The notes beneath the pieces were generated by a model, which was not told the origin of the DNA, searched no databases, and saw only the letters and a list, made by a program, of their open reading frames with translations. A DNA stretch of 64,000 bases from a virus (Duplodnaviria > Caudoviricetes), in IMG/VR virus record IMGVR_UViG_3300011559_000001, positions 96,001 through 160,000 of that record; one strand, written 5' to 3'. A program made the translations under genes and the position numbers. How positions within the stretch are numbered: position 1 is the stretch's first letter; the number at the start of each line of letters is the position of its first letter. Below are positions 46,401 to 55,576 of the stretch, piece after piece.

Positions 46401-46767
46401 ACAGGATCTCGATGATCTTCGCCGAGTCCAAGGTCCAGTCGCCACCCAGGGTCTGGTATTCCAGACGGACCGCACCGGTGAGGCGGTTGTCGAAGAAGGT
46501 GAGCGAGCCGTAGATCGGCCGTGCGCAGGCCAGCGAGGCATCATGGAAGTAGTGCGTCGGAACGTAGTCCGCGCCTTCCACCAGCGTGCGCTGACTGGGC
46601 AGGTGAACCACCTTCATCGACTCCGCAAAGAACGGGGTCGCGCCGGGGATAACGAAGAGGAACTCAGACAACTCCGGTGGGGAGATAGTCAGGTGCTCCG
46701 CCGTGATTTTGTTCGAAGCCAGCTTACCACTGGGATCGAACGGATAAGCAATTTGAGCGTTGCTCAT
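43402..46767 (-). CDS. Tail fibre (phiKZ gp145/146-like) with seven NPH repeats and a C-terminal beta-sandwich region
   Basis: YPFDPSG...NKI..EH...PFF...YQTLGG...FPP..H.WH N-terminus; seven NPH repeats; GGAG RBS before ATG 46767. Confidence 0.85.
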   Translation of the reverse strand: MSNAQIAYPFDPSGKLASNKITAEHLTISPPELSEFLFVIPGATPFFAESMKVVHLPSQRTLVEGADYVPTHYFHDASLACARPIYGSLTFFDNRLTGAVRLEYQTLGGDWTLDSAKIIEILSNKLINPRRVTWEQVAQLPYAFPPIDHDWHLDDMVGMSEVVEVLEGIRDALIASGEGGLLAHIADKNNPHNTTAAQVGLGSVLNYGVATVAEAQAGTSATKYLTVLRGAQLVQALIGNTLDAHLGNSNNPHNTTAAQVGLGSVQNYPIASQAEAETGTATNRYMTPVRTAQAITALVGNRLDAHIARTDNPHNTNKAQVGLGSVLNYGIADVVAARAGTSNELYMTPAMTREAITAIALQGVTEHIDNMSNPHQTTAAQVGLGNVQNYGLASQAEAEGGAASNRYMTPLRTRQAIDLVAMTPLNAHLNNSSNPHGTTKAQVGLGNVDNFQTASNAQAMAGTATNLFMTPAGTKALFDSLGGGGGGDATAALNAHKADLSNPHEVTKDQVGLAAVNNYATATNAQTTTGTATNLYVTPAGTRAAIMALVGDSFTAHANATNNPHQTTAAQVGAYTTAQVDTALAAKLGTTAKAADSSKLDGKTYEEVIGNAKSVELYPGAPQGAADTWTLLGQMVIPNDIATNPIPDVVANITGGESSFDGASPSFQLRIAPRNLSFSTVTALVENYSRVVSYGYTTTAQTGGTLLKVWARGPGTRHPITVAALSQGAKFFTSTNTIENAEPSNIVYIPVNLPPYTRQRTYFGDLPFGELPRTQNVAQISGGLVEWVSVVDNADDELLAQAIESSLREDYASFTPYSAQGTNWLYNDLDVLDKWGWNATEGGILLDTDTVDGNAMLSSSDAMLNYTFEVELSSTDAKANGAGVIAAEVTVANRPVAITVVRTPGGLTQVQGVPSSFAYKLLSVAANIGQADGLDLGSKNGGLKWMDNNATNDTRDPATFVPAGHGWATSGKVRIKVVRAGNTITIDTSDFGQTTYPVASRVVINLADYPALSDFVDRPSSVGVISVRQPKVTYKVLNRPRKYRDYVRTGVAADNDKQRLYRYNGTAWEMSYLGLNNPLVRPNRLYFSDWNGVLYQSQRNGRLRPILIEAYSRENPTFVTT

Positions 46768-46905
46768 GGAAGATTTCTCCAACGAAGGACGTCATCGTAT
46801 GGCACGATGTCAAAAAATACGTGTACCATATCATAGGGTTCCTCCCCTAGACGGTGCACCAGTATTTCCTAGAGTTTTTCAACCCTTTTCCGAGGAGTTA
46901 TTTCC

Positions 46906-48150
46906 ATGTCTTATCAGCTCGTAGCGGCCAAGGCTCGCTCCAAGGGACTGGATGCTGTCTGGAACGATGTGGACATCACTGCGATCCGCATCAGTGCGTT
47001 GTATGCGACGTACTCGGACCTGTGGATGACCTTGTCCCATCCGTCACTGACCAAGAACGTGTACCTGCGTTTGGAGTCGGTGCGTGAGCTGGTCTCGTCC
47101 CAGTACCACAGCTTCACCATTCCGCAATGGCTCACTGCCATTGGTAACCTGGCCCTGCCCACCGTCCCTTCGCTGCCTGAGTTCACCTTGCGCCGTGTGC
47201 GTTCGGCCGACGCCTGGCGCGCCGGCTATGACATCAAACCGTTTGACCGCACCCGCCATGAAGATGCCGAGTTGCCTTACGGTGAGAAAGACGATCTGTT
47301 GCTCACCAAGGAAGGCGTGGACTTCCAGACCTATGCGCGTTATGCGCTGGTCAGTGTCAATGGCTTCTTCCATCGTACCGGCACTGGCGCGCGTGGTTTG
47401 ACGGTGGTCGATGGTGGTCGCACCGGTCGCCAGCTCAACGACAACCAAGTCTCGATCCATTCCTTCTTGGGTGTGGGTACGTTGGACTTCATCCCCATCA
47501 CCGCCGACATGGTCTACAAGAACGCCGACAACGGCCGACTGGCAGACCGGGCTTATATCGAACTTCCCTACAGCGTGGAAGACAAGACGGTGCTGGTGGT
47601 CATTGGTGGCTTCTTGCATGTGCTGGATGAAACCTACACGCGTATCGGTCCGCGCTCGCTGTGCATCAACATCAACAAGCTGGCCCTGCCCGAGCGTTAC
47701 TTTGAAAGCTACCAGGCATTGGATCTGTCCTCGCTGCCGCTGACGCGCAATGAAGATGATCCGGGCCACGTTGCGGTGGATGAGCTGTATTCGGATGCGT
47801 GCATCAAGGCGTACTTGAGCCTGAGCCAGTCGTTCGTCGTGGTGGTCAACACCAAGGACTTCTACGTCCGTCGTCACCCCGTTGCCAATGCCGAACTGCC
47901 TGGTCGTTTCGAGGTTCCGCAAGGTACCGAACGTCTGCCGTTGATCGGTGCATGGGGCATGGTCTACGACTATGCGATCTTCCCCGACTGGGGCGTGAAC
48001 GTGTTGGCCTGCCGGGAGAACACCCGCAAGCGCTATTCGTTCCGCACCACCCACTGGCGTGGCAATGCCTCGCTGGATGATTCGCTCAACACGTATCGTC
48101 CGTGGGACTGGGCCAAGGCCCACATGCTGGAGATGGGTCGTTTCACCTAA
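46906..48150 (+). CDS. Conserved jumbo-phage (probably virion) protein
   Basis: GAGGAG RBS; LVSVNGFFH, KTVLVVIGGFLH, YLSLSQSFVV motifs; divergent from the fibre operon. Confidence 0.8.
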   Translation: MSYQLVAAKARSKGLDAVWNDVDITAIRISALYATYSDLWMTLSHPSLTKNVYLRLESVRELVSSQYHSFTIPQWLTAIGNLALPTVPSLPEFTLRRVRSADAWRAGYDIKPFDRTRHEDAELPYGEKDDLLLTKEGVDFQTYARYALVSVNGFFHRTGTGARGLTVVDGGRTGRQLNDNQVSIHSFLGVGTLDFIPITADMVYKNADNGRLADRAYIELPYSVEDKTVLVVIGGFLHVLDETYTRIGPRSLCININKLALPERYFESYQALDLSSLPLTRNEDDPGHVAVDELYSDACIKAYLSLSQSFVVVVNTKDFYVRRHPVANAELPGRFEVPQGTERLPLIGAWGMVYDYAIFPDWGVNVLACRENTRKRYSFRTTHWRGNASLDDSLNTYRPWDWAKAHMLEMGRFT

Positions 48151-48153
48151 GCG

Positions 48154-48195
48154 GCATAGAGCCCCCTCCCGTGTGGGAGGGGGCTCGTCTTATGC
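48154..48195. terminator. CATA-hairpin-TATG element between convergent genes
   Basis: GCATA GAGCCCCCTCCC GTGT GGGAGGGGGCTC GTC TTATGC; the TTA is the GNAT stop codon. Confidence 0.85.
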
Positions 48196-48609
48196 CCTCT
48201 GGAGCAAATGCTCCCGCGTCATGAACTCACGGGTCGGTACGGAACAGTGCGCTTGGACAAAGCCCAGCGATGCGTACAGACGCTTGGCCAAGTGGTTGTG
48301 AGGAATGACATACAACGTGCGCAACTGCCGCTCGTTGATAAAGCGTCGGGCCAGTCCCATTCCACGGGCTTGTTCAGAGACGTAGATGTTGGACAGGTGG
48401 TAGGTGATGCGATGCCAACGTGCAAACCCAACCAACTCATCGTCCACGTAGAAGCCTTCCACCGCTTCCTGACAGAACATCGAGTAGTTCATGTAGCGCA
48501 CGTCTTGGTCGACGTCACGGTTGATCTTACACGCTTCCTTGTGCAAGTAACGGGTCAGCTCATCCCAGCTGAGCCGACGGAATTCGACGTTGGGGTCCAC
48601 GATACACAC
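48190..48609 (-). CDS. GNAT family acetyltransferase 2
   Basis: LVGFA...LSNIYVSEQARGMGLA (motif A) ... NHLAKRLYASLGF; exact start uncertain. Confidence 0.85.
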   Translation of the reverse strand: MCIVDPNVEFRRLSWDELTRYLHKEACKINRDVDQDVRYMNYSMFCQEAVEGFYVDDELVGFARWHRITYHLSNIYVSEQARGMGLARRFINERQLRTLYVIPHNHLAKRLYASLGFVQAHCSVPTREFMTREHLLQRA

Positions 48610-49033
48610 TCTTGTTCGGACGGGCCTTGTACAGCTCGGCCACTTGATGGGAGTACTGACCCTCCCGGTACTGATACCCCTTCTTACGACACAGGCTCAG
48701 CAGGTGAATGTAACGCACCGGCACACGAATGTCGGTGACCGGCATTTGGTCCAGTACCCAGGAAGCCACACCATGGCGACGGTACTCGGGCATCACGTAG
48801 ATGCGCAGCAGCTGGCGACGCTCGCCGTCATAGCGGGCAGTGGCAAAGCCGACCATCCGATCACCGACCAGCAAACGGAAACACAGTTCCTTGCGCAGGT
48901 CAAACCACGACAGCTCCGCATAGTCGCCCATCTCCGCACGATTACCGCGTGCCACCTCGGCTTCCTTAAAAGCCATGATGACGTGTGGTTCGGTACGTGC
49001 GAACTGCTTGTACACGTTCTTGAAGTTACCCAT
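48560..49033 (-). CDS. GNAT family acetyltransferase 1
   Basis: MVGFA...LLRIYVMPEYRRHGVA (motif A) ... LCRKKGY; AGGGG RBS. Confidence 0.85.
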   Translation of the reverse strand: MGNFKNVYKQFARTEPHVIMAFKEAEVARGNRAEMGDYAELSWFDLRKELCFRLLVGDRMVGFATARYDGERRQLLRIYVMPEYRRHGVASWVLDQMPVTDIRVPVRYIHLLSLCRKKGYQYREGQYSHQVAELYKARPNKSVYRGPQRRIPSAQLG

Positions 49034-49053
49034 GGTGTTCCCCTGAAGGCACG

Positions 49054-50082
49054 CTAGATACGGCCGTTGGGGCCAGAGAGCGTTGCCGTAGTTGTACCGC
49101 CGGCCAGTGTGACCGGAGACTGGAAGGTGGCCGACATTTCAAAGTTGCAAGCACCCTTGAAGGTCATCGTACCGCCGTTGGCTGCACCCACCAGACTGCC
49201 ACCGATACTGACATTGCCAGAGAAGGTGGTGTTGGGGGTGGTGAAGGTGTTCTGGTTGGATTCAACCGTGTAGTTGGGTGTGCGGACCGTGTAACTTTCA
49301 CTGGCTTCCACCAAGGCCGTCTCGGTCATCATCACGTACTGCTTGGTCTGGAACATGATCGACTTGTCGGCGATCATCAAGATCTTGTCTTTGGCATAGC
49401 CGTAGAAGATCTCCTTGTTCAGGCGCAGGATCGTGCCGTCCCCGTTCTGGATGGCAATGTCCTTCTCCACCGTGTCCCAGTTCAGGAAATTACCGAAGTT
49501 GTCCTGGATGGCAATGATACCGTCCTTGGTATTGATCTGGACGGTGTACACACCCTTCTCACCGTTCTTGTCGGTGGTCTCGATGTGCAGCATTCCTTCA
49601 TGGGTGGACAGCTGGACGTGGTAGAAGTTGGTCGAGTCGGTCATATCGGCCGATTCGTCCTTGGTGGCCGACAGACGGAAGTGGATGGTCTCCAGTCGAC
49701 GCAGGTGGTCATCCCAGCCGGTGGCGGTCCAGTAGAACTGGTCCAGATCGGCGTAGCGCCAGATAATCACCCGTTCGCCACGACGCACGTCGGGCGGGGT
49801 ATGGCGGTTGGAACCCATCGGCAACCACGTTGCCGTCAGTGCCGTGTTCAGGGTCACCGTGGTGGTGTATTCAGAACCATCGGGTGTGGTACCACTGACC
49901 GAGGATTCAAAGGGCAGTGAGACCAGCTCACCGTCCATGTCCCCCAAGTGTTCGATGGGGGTTACTTCCAAGTTGCGCTCAGGCTGACCAGTCTCTGCAT
50001 TGACCAAGGCCTTGTTATTGGCAGCACGGCCAATGGAGTAAAAGCGCAGCTTGGAGACATCAACGTCGTCCGGGTTGGACAT
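49054..50082 (-). CDS. Baseplate central spike / cell-puncturing protein (phiKZ gp164-like)
   Basis: ATWLP..SNR.TPPDVRRGERV.IWRYAD...FYW OB-fold region followed by beta-helix-like repeats; GGAG RBS; divergent from SbcC. Confidence 0.8.
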   Translation of the reverse strand: MSNPDDVDVSKLRFYSIGRAANNKALVNAETGQPERNLEVTPIEHLGDMDGELVSLPFESSVSGTTPDGSEYTTTVTLNTALTATWLPMGSNRHTPPDVRRGERVIIWRYADLDQFYWTATGWDDHLRRLETIHFRLSATKDESADMTDSTNFYHVQLSTHEGMLHIETTDKNGEKGVYTVQINTKDGIIAIQDNFGNFLNWDTVEKDIAIQNGDGTILRLNKEIFYGYAKDKILMIADKSIMFQTKQYVMMTETALVEASESYTVRTPNYTVESNQNTFTTPNTTFSGNVSIGGSLVGAANGGTMTFKGACNFEMSATFQSPVTLAGGTTTATLSGPNGRI

Positions 50083-50183
50083 ACGGCACTCCTGCTTAAA
50101 GATCCATACAATTGCCGGGTAAAGTTTTACCGTCTCGAACAAGGCTATGTACAGTACCAAATATTCCAAGGTCTCCCACGCAC

Positions 50184-52643
50184 ATGAAGATCGAGAGATT
50201 TGAGGTCTACGGGTTCAAGCGTCTGATGCTGAACAACATCAAGCATCTGATCTACACCCCGAACTCAACCCACCAGCTGATCTTGGGCACCAACGGCTCA
50301 GGCAAGAGCTCGGTCCTGAGTGAGCTGTCCCCACTGCCGGGGCATCATTCCAACTACACCAAAGACGGCTACAAGAAGATCACCCTGCGCCATCGTGGTG
50401 TGGTCTACCAGTGCGAGTCGGTGTTCCGCCACAACAAGCATTCCTTCATTGTCGATGGTGAAGAGCTCAACCCGGGCGGCACCGCCCAGGCACAGGCCAC
50501 GCTGGCCTTGCAGCACTTTGGCATTGACAAGGACATCCATGAACTGCTGACCGGTGAAGTGCGTCTGTCGCAGCTGCCGGCCGGCGAGCGTCGTAAGTGG
50601 ATCACCAAGATTTCCCGTGCCGACTACGGCTTTGCCATGGGCGAGTTCCGTAAGTTCGCCGGACGGGCGCGTGACCAGCAAGGTGCCTTGAAGCACCTGC
50701 GTACACGACTGGCCCAAGAGATCCACAACCTGCAATCGATGCAGGACGTAGACGGGTTGGCCGACCGTGCCGCCAAGCTGCGTGAGGAACTCAACTACCT
50801 GATGCTGGAGCGTATTCCGAATCTGCCTTCGTTGGAAGCGCAGAAGCAGAAGATGCAGGTCCTACATGGCAACATCAGCACGCTGGCTGCGGACTACTTC
50901 CGCAGCATCGCTTATATGCCCGCCGACAAGGCCTACCGCAGTAACGAGGACGTCGTCTTTGACATCCAGCGGTTGGACACCAACATCCAGTCTGAACAAG
51001 CTTTGCTGCAGCGCATGGGTAATGAGTACTCGGACATGGAAGCGGTGATCAATGCGGTACAGGTCGATGCCGGTGAATCGCTGGAAGACCTGCCTACCTT
51101 GATCCAGCGCCAGTTGGAGGAACTGACCCAGCTGCGGCTGAATCCGACCTTGTTCCGGGAGTTGTCCAGCCCGGCTGAGATCCAGCGTGACTGGCGTGCC
51201 ATTGGTGACGAAGTCCAAGTGACCTTCCGGGCACTACCGGATAACATGGACCGTAAGTTCAGTCGTGATGCCGTAGACAAGGCCGCCGGTGAGATCCGGC
51301 ACCTGCAAGGCAAGATCGACCATTCGATGGCCAAGGTCAACCAGCTCTCCAACAAGATCGCCTTGATGGAAGAAGCGCAGGAGACTCAGTGTCCCAGCTG
51401 TAAGTACGTCTGGAAGCCGGGTTACTCGGCACAGGAGTTGGAGCAGAATCGTCAGTGGCGCATTGACCATGTGGCCGAAGCCGACGGCCACCGGGCCAAG
51501 ATCAAGGAACTGGAAGCGTTTATCGAAGAGTGCAGCGGCTATACCGAACTGTACAATCGCTTTCGCGGTTTCGTGCAAGGCTATCCGCGCCTGCGCCCGT
51601 TGTGGGATCACATCCTGACCAACCAGCTGCTGTTGGATAACCCCAAGGGTAATCTGGGGCTGTTCACCACCTGGGCACGTGATCTGGATCTGAACGTCCA
51701 GCACGAAGAGGGCCTCAAGCGCCTCCAGCACTATCAGGAGGTCCACGAACGCCAGACCAGTATGGGAGACACCGCTCACTTCACCAAGCGCATGCTGAGC
51801 CTGCAGCGCGAGATTGAGCAGGCTACCGCACAGCTGCTGTCCCAGCGCGGTGAGCGGGCAACGGTGGAGCGCTTCTACCGAAAACTGCAACAGCTGCAGT
51901 CCATCCATCTGCGCATGCAGAACGACTACAACGAGATCGAACGCATCCGCGGTGTCCTGCTGGACTCGCTGCGCAATGAGATCATCGATGAGACCGTGAT
52001 GGCCCACCAGCTGGAGCTCGGTGGCATTACCCGTCGACTGTCGGAAAAGGAAGGACAGGAAGGTATCGTCCGTGACTTGGAAACGAGCATGGGTGAGGTG
52101 GAGATCGATGCCAAGGCGTGGCAGGTCCTCACCAACCTGCTCTCGCCCAACGAGGGCTTGATTGCCGAACAGCTGTCCAGTGACATCGGCTGCATGGTAG
52201 CCCAGTTGAACTCGATCATCGGATCGATCTGGAGCTACGACATGACCGTGCTGTCGTGCGGTCTGGATACCGGTGAGTTGGACTACAAGTTCCCCGTGCA
52301 GTTTGCCGCCTCGGACAACCAGAGTCCGGACGTAGCCAAAACCTCCAAGGGTCAGCGACAGGTGATTGACTTTGCCTTCCAGCTGACTGTCATGCTCTAT
52401 CTGGACCTGACCGACTATCCGTTGTTCTTGGATGAGCCCGGTGAAGGTTTTGATGAAGCCCATCGCGTCAAGCTGATGGACTTTGTCAAGCAGTTGATGG
52501 ATAGCAACCGTCACAGCCAGTTGTTCATGATCTCCCACTACGCTTCGAGCCACGGCTCGTTCACCAATGCCGAAGTGATGGTGCTGGACAGTTCGAACAT
52601 CGCCATTCCCGGCGTCTACAATCAACATGTGGTCCTCGGGTAA
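50184..52643 (+). CDS. sbcC: SbcC/Rad50-like ATPase (phiKZ gp165-like)
   Basis: Walker A GTNGSGKSS, coiled coils with a central CPSC zinc hook, signature SKGQ, Walker B LFLDE, H-loop ISH. Confidence 0.92.
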   Translation: MKIERFEVYGFKRLMLNNIKHLIYTPNSTHQLILGTNGSGKSSVLSELSPLPGHHSNYTKDGYKKITLRHRGVVYQCESVFRHNKHSFIVDGEELNPGGTAQAQATLALQHFGIDKDIHELLTGEVRLSQLPAGERRKWITKISRADYGFAMGEFRKFAGRARDQQGALKHLRTRLAQEIHNLQSMQDVDGLADRAAKLREELNYLMLERIPNLPSLEAQKQKMQVLHGNISTLAADYFRSIAYMPADKAYRSNEDVVFDIQRLDTNIQSEQALLQRMGNEYSDMEAVINAVQVDAGESLEDLPTLIQRQLEELTQLRLNPTLFRELSSPAEIQRDWRAIGDEVQVTFRALPDNMDRKFSRDAVDKAAGEIRHLQGKIDHSMAKVNQLSNKIALMEEAQETQCPSCKYVWKPGYSAQELEQNRQWRIDHVAEADGHRAKIKELEAFIEECSGYTELYNRFRGFVQGYPRLRPLWDHILTNQLLLDNPKGNLGLFTTWARDLDLNVQHEEGLKRLQHYQEVHERQTSMGDTAHFTKRMLSLQREIEQATAQLLSQRGERATVERFYRKLQQLQSIHLRMQNDYNEIERIRGVLLDSLRNEIIDETVMAHQLELGGITRRLSEKEGQEGIVRDLETSMGEVEIDAKAWQVLTNLLSPNEGLIAEQLSSDIGCMVAQLNSIIGSIWSYDMTVLSCGLDTGELDYKFPVQFAASDNQSPDVAKTSKGQRQVIDFAFQLTVMLYLDLTDYPLFLDEPGEGFDEAHRVKLMDFVKQLMDSNRHSQLFMISHYASSHGSFTNAEVMVLDSSNIAIPGVYNQHVVLG

Positions 52644-52661
52644 CCGAGGACCTTTTCCTTT
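52631..52661 (+). terminator. Terminator overlapping the sbcC stop
   Basis: GGTCCTCGG GTAA CCGAGGACC TTTTCCTTT. Confidence 0.75.
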
Positions 52662-52675
52662 GTGAGAGAGCACAG

Positions 52676-53938
52676 ATGGACAAAGACCACACCAAACGCT
52701 ATCGCCCATCCGCTGCCGAACTGGCACTGGAAGCGCGGCTCATGGCACTGACCCATGTGCTGCAGAACTTCGCAGCTCGCGTGCGCATGAATCTGCCCAA
52801 TGTCGGCGATCTGGATATGGGAATGCTGAACTGCGCGCCCGGTATCATGATGGGACAAATTTCCGACCAGGGCATGATCGATGGACATGGACCGCGGTTT
52901 GTGGCCAAGTATCATCTGGCCGCCAGTGACGAAGAGCGCCGCACGTTGCTGGAGACGCTGCCTCAGGTGGGCGGTTACGATAGCCGACTGATCTGGGCTG
53001 ATCTGGTCGGACTCACCGCCGAGGCGCGCTTGGGTTATCAGGGCGATGCTCAGGTCAGTCCGCAATGGGTCGACTGGTATGAAAGAGTGATGGACCCCGA
53101 AACTATCCGCCCTGTGGTCTTGGACGGTACCCTCCAAGACATTGCCAGTGCGGTCACTACGTGGTCCTCCACTGGTGATCCGTGTATTGCTGACAGCTTC
53201 GACTGTGTGCGGTTCAAGACCAGCGAAACTGAACGTAAGGACGGTTATCGCGACTCCGTCAAGGTTCCGGCCACCGACACGTTGTATGCCGTCATGGGCA
53301 TCGCCGAACTCAACGTCTATGTCTTGGTGAGTCACGTCAAGTCGACTTACAACAACCGCAACACGCGCGTCGCTCCGCGCTTCGAAAAATGCATCTGGTG
53401 GAACCGACACGAACAGTGTTGGAATACCACCGAGGTCAACTTCAATGCGTCGTATCAGGAGGCCATCACCCGGCGCTATCTGAAGTACACCATGATGCCC
53501 GACTTTGACTACGTCTCTCTGGATGAGATGGCCGTGATGGGCAAGGCGCTCCTGGACCACCTGACGGCCAATGGGGACTGGTACAAGTCGGCCCAAGCTT
53601 ACGGGAACCCCACCAAGCAGACCACGGTGACCCTGCCCGGTGTGTTGCGCTTCAGGTTCAGGCGCAGTAACTACGGCGATGGCGATGTGATGTACCCGCT
53701 TTATCAGGGCAACCAGTACCCGCCGGAATGGCCCATCGCTTACAAGTTCGATCGTGAGTGGGACAGGCTGCCCCTGTACGGTCAGGATGAGCACAAGTAC
53801 ATCAAGACGAGCTTGCCGATCCTGCCCTACGCGCGCCGTGAGGCATTCGATGCGATCTACCAGTTCATCAACGCCGATCCTTCGCAGTTGGTCATCGTGC
53901 ACGAAGGTGGCGAGAGCGACGACGACGACGACAATTAA
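52676..53938 (+). CDS. Hypothetical protein with acidic C-terminus
   Basis: 420 aa ORF; no recognisable motif. Confidence 0.75.
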   Translation: MDKDHTKRYRPSAAELALEARLMALTHVLQNFAARVRMNLPNVGDLDMGMLNCAPGIMMGQISDQGMIDGHGPRFVAKYHLAASDEERRTLLETLPQVGGYDSRLIWADLVGLTAEARLGYQGDAQVSPQWVDWYERVMDPETIRPVVLDGTLQDIASAVTTWSSTGDPCIADSFDCVRFKTSETERKDGYRDSVKVPATDTLYAVMGIAELNVYVLVSHVKSTYNNRNTRVAPRFEKCIWWNRHEQCWNTTEVNFNASYQEAITRRYLKYTMMPDFDYVSLDEMAVMGKALLDHLTANGDWYKSAQAYGNPTKQTTVTLPGVLRFRFRRSNYGDGDVMYPLYQGNQYPPEWPIAYKFDREWDRLPLYGQDEHKYIKTSLPILPYARREAFDAIYQFINADPSQLVIVHEGGESDDDDDN

Positions 53939-53998
53939 CTTTTACACCCCACCGGATCCTATGGGTCCGCCCACGCAACCATTCCCAAACAAGTGACC

Positions 53999-55054
53999 AT
54001 GATGTCCACCAAAAAGAACATTCCCAACTTTGGCCGCCAGCCGGTCAATGTGATTGCCCTGGAACGCCGCGTTGCCGTACTGGCCCAGTTCGCCGGCGAC
54101 CTGCTGACCCTGCTGGCCACCGAGTACCCCTCGCTGAAGGACAAGTTCAGCAAGCTCGGTCAGGAAGCCCAGGCACGTCTGACGCAGATCGATGCCTCGG
54201 TCGGTGAGATGACCCTGTTCGGCCATGGTCCGCACGGTGTGATCGTGTCCCAGGGTCTGAAGACCGAAAAGGACAACAAGGCCTTCGAAGCGTGCTTCCC
54301 AGTGCCGGCTGAAAAGCCGCTGCAGGTCCAGCAGCTGCTGGCCGTGCTGGAGAACTACCTCGCCCTGGACGGTGCCAGTGAACACGGCCGCGGCTACGTG
54401 CTGCCGGATGAGTCGCTGTTCGGCAACCACGTCAAGGATGCCAGCAAGATCATCAACCAGGACCTGCTGGAACAGGCCGACGGCCTGTGGGTGCTCAAGA
54501 CCGAAGATGGTCAGGCCACCTACACCCTGAAGCTGGCCATCGACGAGCACGTGCTGCTGTTCACCCCGACCAGCGGCCCGACCCTGGTCACCTACAGCAG
54601 CATCGAAGGTCGCTGGGTTCCGCACGGCCAGTGGGCCCTGCTCGACGCCGATACCGCAGTGCGTGCCGTGGAAGCCTTCTTCGAGAAGACCAACGTGCGC
54701 GATGCCACCGCCGGCGAGCTGCAGAAGCTCTACGTCCAGACCCGCCAGATCCCGCGCGAAAACCTGGAGAAGATCGCCACCGTCACCGGTGATGCACATC
54801 CGGACGTCGACCTGATCGTGGGCGAGTTCTTCAAGATCCACCTGACCTTCGAAGGCGACCACAGCATCATCAGCCAGCGCGATGACGTGCAGTGGACCGA
54901 CCTGACCCTGCAGACCCGCCGTCGCCTGTTCCGTGAAGCGGTGGCCAAGGTCCAGTCCCAGCTGCCGGTGCCCAAGGAAGCTGAGCCGGCCAAGAAGACC
55001 GTCGCCAAGAAGGCGGTCAAGAAGGCTGCTGCTAAGAAGGCCACCAAGGCATGA
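53999..55054 (+). CDS. Hypothetical protein with a histone H1-like K/A-rich tail
   Basis: Strong codon bias; ends PAKKTVAKKAVKKAAAKKATKA. Confidence 0.8.
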   Translation: MMSTKKNIPNFGRQPVNVIALERRVAVLAQFAGDLLTLLATEYPSLKDKFSKLGQEAQARLTQIDASVGEMTLFGHGPHGVIVSQGLKTEKDNKAFEACFPVPAEKPLQVQQLLAVLENYLALDGASEHGRGYVLPDESLFGNHVKDASKIINQDLLEQADGLWVLKTEDGQATYTLKLAIDEHVLLFTPTSGPTLVTYSSIEGRWVPHGQWALLDADTAVRAVEAFFEKTNVRDATAGELQKLYVQTRQIPRENLEKIATVTGDAHPDVDLIVGEFFKIHLTFEGDHSIISQRDDVQWTDLTLQTRRRLFREAVAKVQSQLPVPKEAEPAKKTVAKKAVKKAAAKKATKA

Positions 55055-55530
55055 GCTTGGTCCGAGTGACTATCCCATCCAAGGAACTGGCCGGTTACGT
55101 ACCGACCTTGCCGCTGGATCAGCTGCCTGCCGATGTGCGCCCGGCAATCGAGCAGGCCATGGGTTCGGCACATGTCACCCCGGTCTTCGCTTTCGCAGTC
55201 GGCGTGGATATGCTCGGACTGCAGCTGACCATGAAGGCGGTCAAGGTGACGCCGGCCGTGGTCTCCACCTGGGTGCAACTGCTGGAGGACTACGGTTGGG
55301 GTAACAACCTGCGTACGCCGGACCTGCAGTTGTCGATGCTGGCCAACGCCATCAAGGCGATGGCGCAGGCTCAGAACGCCCCCGACGCGCTGCGTTTGGA
55401 AGGGATCGTGTACAACCTGATCGTGGAAGTCTGCGAAGGCGACCAAGCGGTCAGCGATTACATGACCAAGGTGCTGATCACCGACAAGGGCATGACCCTG
55501 CCGTGGGCCCTGGCCGTACCACCGCTGTAA
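55051..55530 (+). CDS. Hypothetical protein
   Basis: ATGA overlap with the upstream gene; ends before a hairpin. Confidence 0.75.
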   Translation: MSLVRVTIPSKELAGYVPTLPLDQLPADVRPAIEQAMGSAHVTPVFAFAVGVDMLGLQLTMKAVKVTPAVVSTWVQLLEDYGWGNNLRTPDLQLSMLANAIKAMAQAQNAPDALRLEGIVYNLIVEVCEGDQAVSDYMTKVLITDKGMTLPWALAVPPL

Positions 55531-55537
55531 ATCAACA

Positions 55538-55574
55538 GCATAGACCCCCGCCCAAACGGGCGGGGGCTTATGTC
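55538..55574. terminator. CATA-hairpin-TATG element between convergent genes
   Basis: GCATAGA CCCCCGCCC AAAC GGGCGGGGG CTTATGTC. Confidence 0.85.
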
Positions 55575-55576
55575 GG

